Positions 1 to 4,090 of a stretch of 6,373 nucleotides of DNA are shown here, piece by piece (the first letter of the stretch is position 1; the number at the start of each line of letters is the position of its first letter). The stretch is from a virus, in IMG/VR virus record IMGVR_UViG_3300020041_000064, positions 1-6,373 of that record. The stretch is one strand, 5' to 3'. Below the pieces are notes generated by a model. It saw only the letters and a list, made by a program, of their open reading frames with translations. It had not been told where the DNA came from and made no database searches. Made by a program: the position numbers and the translations under genes.

Positions 1-121
1 ACTATTTTCTCGGATATAATACGCAAGAACCTGTCTCGGCCATAGAGCGCTCCTCCTGGAGAGCCGCTGGACCAGAAGAGCTCTGAGCATCCATCTGTTG
101 AATATGTTCGAATAAATTTAG
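1..121. repeat. Left copy of the exact 121-nt terminal redundancy (circularisation overlap)
   Basis: By eye, 1-121 (actattttctcggatataat...cgaataaatttag) matches 6253-6373 base for base with an offset of 6252. Confidence 0.97.
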
Positions 122-1442
122 AAATTCCGAGGAAAAAGCGGTATAAGCGGGAAAGGCGATGAGAAGCTTCCAAATCAACACCATCGTACAAACGACATTC
201 AGTAAGAATAAGAATATCATCATGCGGTAAATCCGCTTTAGGAGAAAGTATATTTCGTTCATCATTTTCTTTATGATAATTGTCTACATAATTTAAATAA
301 AGCTTACAAAAAGACAAAATGCTCTGTTTGGATGAAGCATTTTCATTAAACGGATCACAAGTTAGATCAGCACATCCGCTACGAATGACTCGTTGGGGCG
401 CCGTGAACGCAGAATGTAATAGTTGATAAACACCCGATGGAAGTTCACGAACAGAGTCTGAAAATCGGGGGAATAATCGAAGGAGATACGGCCAAGTAGG
501 CTTAATTGTACGAAAATATCCATTGCGCTCAACGCGGACTCCATCAAGGCACTTATCGGCAACTTCATCAATTTCGGCAATTCGTACCTTTCGAGGAAAG
601 AGATTTGATTCTGTAAATCCAATGGAATGGAAGGACTTAGGTCGCACCACTTTTGGCATCTGAGTATAAAAGTCGGGTAAAGCGACAAAACTATTAACAT
701 ACGACGCAACATACGGTGCTGCGAATCCTCGCGAGAGTGACGCATCACAACGTCCGTAAGACCAAGCCTTAGATACATTTTCACAAACAGTTTGCGAGAA
801 TCGTTCGGAATCGGAAAACAATAACAAGTGCCAATGCGGGCGGAAACTGGTAGGGCCGTATTCTGATACAGCGTAGTAACGTAATTTTTCATCGGGGTAA
901 TAACTTCTTAAACGTTTTAAAAATAAATCAAGGTCACGATTACAGATATAAGGAATCCTATTAGGAACATCATGCCTAACCTTACCAAGAATATATAAAA
1001 GATCCTTAGATTTCATAGGACAAGAAAACCGAAATTCGGGATCCTTAAAAGTACGCTCAACAGTAGAACTCTTCAACTTGACAGAAGCGGAGCGAGGAAC
1101 GCTACGAAAACCAAACAGATAAGTATTAGGGTCACCAGCATCCAAGTCATCAATAGAGGGAACACAGGGTACATCCGCAATATCATCCGTACATGTTTCA
1201 ATAACGGAAACCTCCAAAGTAGGGAGAAAACAAGGTGCATAAGTAAGAGTAACAAAATATACGTAACGGAATTGGGCAGAATAAGAGGTGAGCAAATTTG
1301 TCTGAATCCCGGAACGACGAAGGATACAAGAAGGACAAGAACCACAAGACACAAGAACAGACTCGTGTGTATACTTGTTAACGACCGTACGAGGATTCTG
1401 ACAACGAGTCACTAACTTATTCTGTAATTCCTTAGTAATCAT
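1..1442 (-). CDS. VP4: Rolling-circle replication initiation protein (VP4/Rep, HUH endonuclease), N-terminal 480 codons; the ORF continues across the circular junction into 6252..5976
   Basis: The ATG at 1442-1440 overlaps the TGA of the upstream peptidase gene (ATGA). Hand translation of this frame is open from 1442 to base 1, and the last residues (..FLRIISEKIV) run into the 100-aa ORF at 5976..6278. The total is 1719 nt, or 572 aa. Motifs seen are a Cys cluster C14 and C33-G-S-C-P-S-C39 (1326-1346), RCR motif 1 YFVTLTY (1239-1259), HUH motif HWHLLLF (816-836) and the double-Tyr motif YVASYVN (693-713). As I recall it, the last resembles the phiX174 gpA active site YVAKYVNK. The ORF is absent from the track because it leaves the window. 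Confidence 0.9.
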   Translation of the reverse strand, partial: MITKELQNKLVTRCQNPRTVVNKYTHESVLVSCGSCPSCILRRSGIQTNLLTSYSAQFRYVYFVTLTYAPCFLPTLEVSVIETCTDDIADVPCVPSIDDLDAGDPNTYLFGFRSVPRSASVKLKSSTVERTFKDPEFRFSCPMKSKDLLYILGKVRHDVPNRIPYICNRDLDLFLKRLRSYYPDEKLRYYAVSEYGPTSFRPHWHLLLFSDSERFSQTVCENVSKAWSYGRCDASLSRGFAAPYVASYVNSFVALPDFYTQMPKVVRPKSFHSIGFTESNLFPRKVRIAEIDEVADKCLDGVRVERNGYFRTIKPTWPYLLRLFPRFSDSVRELPSGVYQLLHSAFTAPQRVIRSGCADLTCDPFNENASSKQSILSFCKLYLNYVDNYHKENDERNILSPKADLPHDDILILTECRLYDGVDLEASHRLSRLYRFFLGISKFIRTYSTDGCSELFWSSGSPGGALYGRDRFLRIISEKI

Positions 1443-1747
1443 TTTCTATCAACAAAATTAAGTTCCATTTGACGGGGGTTACGACCGCGAGCAAAGGAAA
1501 CATGAACAAATGTACGATATTTTATAAGCTGGTCAAATTTAAAGGAAGAACCTTTAATCTTCAAAATGAAGTCATCAACAGTAAAATCGATAGGCTTCAA
1601 ATCAATAGCGTCACCAGTCAAATGCTGAGAGGTTTTGGATCCATTACACGCATTATTCTGTTCTTCAGTACGATAAGCAGAAGTAACAGTGAAATGAATA
1701 TTCCGGCGGAGAAGCCACTCAACAAATTTCATCAATTCTGGATTCAT
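1439..1747 (-). CDS. Zn-dependent cell-wall peptidase, M15 family (Peptidase_M15_3 / D-Ala-D-Ala carboxypeptidase-like fold), 102 aa; putative endolysin
   Basis: The motif TSAYRTEEQN is followed by S40-Q-H42-L-T-G-D-A-I-D49 (1601-1630), which fits the SxHxxGxAxD zinc-binding signature of LAS/M15 peptidases. A distal FVH82VS (His at 1502-1504) could supply the third ligand. T-rich codon position 3 matches the other genes. The ATG lies 3 nt after the upstream stop, and the TGA overlaps the Rep ATG. Confidence 0.85.
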   Translation of the reverse strand: MNPELMKFVEWLLRRNIHFTVTSAYRTEEQNNACNGSKTSQHLTGDAIDLKPIDFTVDDFILKIKGSSFKFDQLIKYRTFVHVSFARGRNPRQMELNFVDRK

Positions 1748-1750
1748 GAC

Positions 1751-1840
1751 TTACGAAAATATTTGAGCAATAGACGTAAGAAGACTGACAGCAGCTGCAA
1801 TAATTGCAGACCAAATCTTAGATTTAGTTTCACTTTTCAT
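1751..1840 (-). CDS. 29-aa single-pass membrane peptide (MKSETKSKIWSAIIAAAVSLLTSIAQIFS); candidate holin-like partner of the peptidase
   Basis: It has an ATG start and a net +2 N-terminus (MKSETKSK), followed by a 20-residue uncharged hydrophobic stretch. About half of its codons end in T, like the confirmed genes. The stop TAA at 1753-1751 lies 3 nt before the peptidase ATG. Its small size keeps confidence moderate. Confidence 0.45.
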   Translation of the reverse strand: MKSETKSKIWSAIIAAAVSLLTSIAQIFS

Positions 1841-2027
1841 CTGGAATTGCTTTAAAGGTTGAACAATGAGAGACAATAAGAACACAATCAGGACGAAGAT
1901 GCGAAGAAACAAATTCGGAAATTTCATCAACGGGAACAAGAATGGTTTCGTTCTGATTGGGACTCGTTTTTGATTGAACGGAGCACAAATAATACTTTTC
2001 CATAAAAATAAAAGTTAAATTAGACAT
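1830..2027 (-). CDS. Hypothetical protein of 65 aa (57 aa if started at ATG 2003; 89 aa with a hydrophobic N-terminus if started at ATG 2099)
   Basis: The frame has a very strong T3 codon signature, e.g. att ctt gtt ccc gtt gat gaa att tcc gaa ttt gtt tct tcg cat ctt cgt cct gat tgt gtt ctt att. Its stop TGA at 1832-1830 overlaps the 29-aa ORF by 11 nt. I recognise no motif in it. Confidence 0.45.
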   Translation of the reverse strand: MSNLTFIFMEKYYLCSVQSKTSPNQNETILVPVDEISEFVSSHLRPDCVLIVSHCSTFKAIPDEK

Positions 2028-2044
2028 TGTTTTTAAAGACAGAA

Positions 2045-2077
2045 CAAAGATAAAAACAAACACTTTAAAAAAACAAA
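2045..2077 (-). promoter_or_regulatory. Candidate Bacteroides-type promoter: TTTG (2077-2074), 21-nt spacer, TATCTTTG (2052-2045)
   Basis: Read on the minus strand it is TTTG-tttttttaaagtgtttgtttt-TATCTTTG. This fits the -33 TTTG / -7 TAnnTTTG consensus described for Bacteroides sigma-A promoters. It sits 17 nt upstream of ATG 2027. The local sequence is AT-rich, so a chance match is possible. Confidence 0.3.
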
Positions 2078-2137
2078 TGTCAACGTAAAATATTAACATT
2101 AATAAACAATGAGCTATATGGGTGACGGGATGGTCTG

Positions 2138-2209
2138 TGAGTTTGCGTATATAAGACAAGGAGAGACTGAAAGCTATAAGGTAAATAGCTTTCCCTTCGG
2201 GCAAACTCA
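2138..2209 (-). other. 72-nt nested stem-loop in the non-coding region
   Basis: The outer stem is a perfect 9 bp, tgagtttgc (2138-2146) with gcaaactca (2201-2209). The middle stem is aagg (2158-2161) with cctt (2194-2197). The apical stem is a perfect 8 bp, gaaagcta (2169-2176) with tagctttc (2186-2193), closing a 9-nt loop taaggtaaa. Confidence 0.6.
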
Positions 2210-2331
2210 TGTAGGCTTCGCCAAATAATATTTAGGGGTATAGCAGCGACGGGGGAGAAGAGCTCTCCGGGAAATTGCTTACGCGTTGCAGACATCAAGC
2301 TTCAAGGAAGGCAGTACTATAGCCTAACGGC

Positions 2332-2363
2332 TCTGATTTCAGTCCTACGTCCCGAAATTCAGA
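2332..2363 (-). other. Stem-loop of 9 bp with one bulge
   Basis: tctgatttc (2332-2340) pairs with gaaattcaga (2354-2363). Position t2358 is bulged, and the loop is 13 nt. Confidence 0.5.
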
Positions 2364-2371
2364 AGGTGTAT

Positions 2372-2390
2372 AACCACGCTGCGCGCGGTT
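2372..2390 (-). other. GC-rich 7-bp stem-loop
   Basis: On the minus strand it reads aaccgcg-cgcag-cgtggtt. The stem is continuous in that sense, using one G-T wobble. On the plus sense the same position is an A-C mismatch. Confidence 0.45.
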
Positions 2391-2404
2391 GCCGGAAGTT
2401 ACTC

Positions 2405-2442
2405 CAAACACAAAAACCCGACACGTATCACTACGGCCGGGT
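2405..2442 (-). terminator. Intrinsic-terminator-like hairpin plus T-tract downstream of VP2
   Basis: The minus strand reads ACCCGGCCGTA-GTGA-TACG(T)GTCGGGT, an 11-bp stem with one bulge and one G-T pair closed by a GNRA-type GTGA loop (2416-2442). TTTTGTGTTTGG follows directly (2415-2404). It lies 88 nt after the VP2 stop codon. Confidence 0.5.
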
Positions 2443-2529
2443 AAATGTAAACAAAAAAATACTAACGATTGAAATTATAATTAGTATTAGAATTACTATT
2501 AATAGAACGAGAAAAAGATTAGAAATGAC

Positions 2530-3597
2530 TCAATGAGGTAAGAAATTACCTATAGTATTACCAATACTAGTTCCATAACCAACCCATTTATCAGCGTCAA
2601 AATATGAATGCTTTTTCTTTTCATTTCTGGAACGATACCATTCTTCAATATTCTTACTGCGAGCATTATCTTGAGGAAGACCCAATCTAAGCTCCTCATT
2701 ATGAAAAGCGGCAGAAGACTGATTAGCCGCAATATTAGCGGCAATCTGAGACTCAGCAATACGAGAGGCAATCCCATTAGAAATAACCTGGCCACGAGCA
2801 CGAGCAGCAGCAAGAGCTTCCTCAGCTAGAGCCTTTTTAGCCTCAGCATAAGAAAGATATCCAGAAGCCATACGTTGATAATAATCCGCAGCCTTAACAT
2901 TCAAATCAAGTTGTTGTTGCTGATCAAGATACTTATTCATAACACCTTTAGCCTCATTATCAAGAAGCATACCAGCATGCTGAGCGCGCATAACAAGACC
3001 AGTCATTGCCATGTTGTCAACTTCCTGCTGTTCCTTAGCATAACCAAGCTGGGCACGTGCTAATCCAGTAGACCGCATATAATCACGAGCTTCATCAGTA
3101 AGTTTTCCCCAATCAACATTGGAAAGGATCTCCATAGCCTTGGCATCAGCAAGCTGTCTGGCTCCTTGCATTTGTGACTTTTCAGACTGCATAAGCTCAT
3201 ATTGAAAAACATTACCAATAGAAGAACCAATGCCGGAATAATCCGCCTGGAAAGGCTGCATGACAGCAGAACCGGCAGAAGAGGCAGCAGCACCAGTACC
3301 GACAGACTGGGCAGAACCAGCAGAACCACCATTCATCATCAGATAAGGATTCAAACCAGCTTCTTCGAGGCGTTGACGTTGCGCGGAGGCAGTATTATAT
3401 GCGTTTTCCTTGTTCCACATATTTTCCTGGAAATCGCGCTGCTGCATTGCCATACGCTCGTTAAACTGATTATTCATCTGATTTATCTTATAATTCATCT
3501 GGTTAGTCTCCCGGACATTTTGTCTGTTCTGCGAATTCTGAATAGCAGAAGAACCAACACCAAGGAGACCACCAGCGATTGAACCAAGAAGACCCAT
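2530..3597 (-). CDS. VP2: DNA pilot / minor capsid protein VP2, 355 aa
   Basis: It has a Gly-rich hydrophobic N-terminus (MGLLGSIAGGLLGVGSS) and a Q/N/M-rich coiled region. The motif QRQRLEEAGLNPYLM is one I recognise as typical of non-phiX microvirus VP2 proteins. An Ala/Gln-rich helical C-terminal half follows. The start ATG shares one base with the upstream stop (TAATG at 3599-3595). Confidence 0.85.
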   Translation of the reverse strand: MGLLGSIAGGLLGVGSSAIQNSQNRQNVRETNQMNYKINQMNNQFNERMAMQQRDFQENMWNKENAYNTASAQRQRLEEAGLNPYLMMNGGSAGSAQSVGTGAAASSAGSAVMQPFQADYSGIGSSIGNVFQYELMQSEKSQMQGARQLADAKAMEILSNVDWGKLTDEARDYMRSTGLARAQLGYAKEQQEVDNMAMTGLVMRAQHAGMLLDNEAKGVMNKYLDQQQQLDLNVKAADYYQRMASGYLSYAEAKKALAEEALAAARARGQVISNGIASRIAESQIAANIAANQSSAAFHNEELRLGLPQDNARSKNIEEWYRSRNEKKKHSYFDADKWVGYGTSIGNTIGNFLPH

Positions 3598-4079
3598 TAT
3601 TCAGAGGAAGCAGCATCAGCGGGAGCAGCAACCGCTTTTTCTGCCTCTTGTTTAGCGTTTTCAGCATCAATCAATTCCTGAGCCTGAACTTCAAGATTTT
3701 GAGCATAAGCCGACAACTCCTTAGACCAAGCAATAATCTCAGAAGGAGCCTGGACATACCGAGAACGAACCGTCGCCAAAAGATCATCATCAGACATTCC
3801 GTCCATAATCTGCTGAATCTGAGAAGCGGGCCGATTGCCTTGGCCAAACTTGGAAGCGACAGAAATACCGGCACGGGAAGCCAAGTCCTTAGAATGAAGA
3901 ATCAGATGGATATCAGAAGTATAACGCACCGGACAAGTCTCTTCATTATCATAAATTTCAACTCGAAGCTGTTCGGTAGAATCAAACTCGGGAGCAACTG
4001 CAAAAACATCCGGAGAAACATCGGGAACAAGTCCGGAACCTGGTTCCAAACTTTTCAGAGAATTAAATTTTCCTATCAT
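3597..4079 (-). CDS. 160-aa acidic protein between VP1 and VP2; putative internal scaffolding protein (VP3-like)
   Basis: It has an ATG start 11 nt after the VP1 stop, a T3 codon signature, an acidic Ala/Glu-rich C-terminus and a size typical of VP3. The function is assigned from position and size only. Confidence 0.65.
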   Translation of the reverse strand: MIGKFNSLKSLEPGSGLVPDVSPDVFAVAPEFDSTEQLRVEIYDNEETCPVRYTSDIHLILHSKDLASRAGISVASKFGQGNRPASQIQQIMDGMSDDDLLATVRSRYVQAPSEIIAWSKELSAYAQNLEVQAQELIDAENAKQEAEKAVAAPADAASSE

Positions 4080-4090
4080 AATTAAAAACT

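Noticed and set aside
1751-1939. A 62-aa ORF (58 aa from ATG 1927) with two hydrophobic segments, which looks like a class II holin.
   Set aside because: Its upstream half (1841-1927) overlaps the ORF ending at 1830, and that ORF carries the strong T3 coding signature there. In the 62-aa frame the upstream half has only about 9 of 29 codons ending in T. Its hydrophobicity is the expected off-frame artefact. Only the part downstream of the internal ATG at 1840, the 29-aa ORF, has a coding-like signature.
2081-2127. A plus-strand string, caacgtaaaatattaacattaataaac...ctatatgggtgac, reminiscent of the phiX174 origin CAACTTGATATTAATAACACTATAG.
   Set aside because: It lies on the strand antisense to all genes, whereas the microvirus Rep nicks the viral, mRNA-sense strand. 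The resemblance consists of short AT-rich words with gaps, and I am recalling the phiX174 origin from memory. I treat it as coincidence unless a nicking assay says otherwise.
1830-2210. The 126-aa version of the ORF ending at 1830.
   Set aside because: Position 2210 is a non-ATG start. The upstream part crosses the hairpin and the promoter candidate with no clear coding signature. Only the 3' portion, from ATG 2027 or 2003 and possibly 2099, looks coding.
2080-2298. A 72-aa basic ORF (71 aa from ATG 2295) in the non-coding region, possibly a small DNA-binding protein.
   Set aside because: Only about a third of its codons end in T, against more than half in the confirmed genes. It runs straight through the 72-nt hairpin. 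It also lies between the predicted terminator and promoter. I cannot fully exclude it, and conservation of the frame in relatives would revive it.
3579-4085. Long plus-strand ORFs: 3579..4085 (168 aa), 4577..5035 (152 aa), 1469..1855, 3202..3582, 5678..5968, 2608..2829, 2875..3063 and 6102..6338.
   Set aside because: Each is antisense to a confirmed gene and exactly in codon register with it, since the coordinate differences are divisible by 3. In that register a stop arises only opposite the sense codons TTA, CTA or TCA. Those are rare here because the genes prefer CTT/TTG and TCT. The products are R/S/N/I/K-rich, as expected from antisense reading of NNT codons. 6065..6253 is short and lies opposite Rep without any support.
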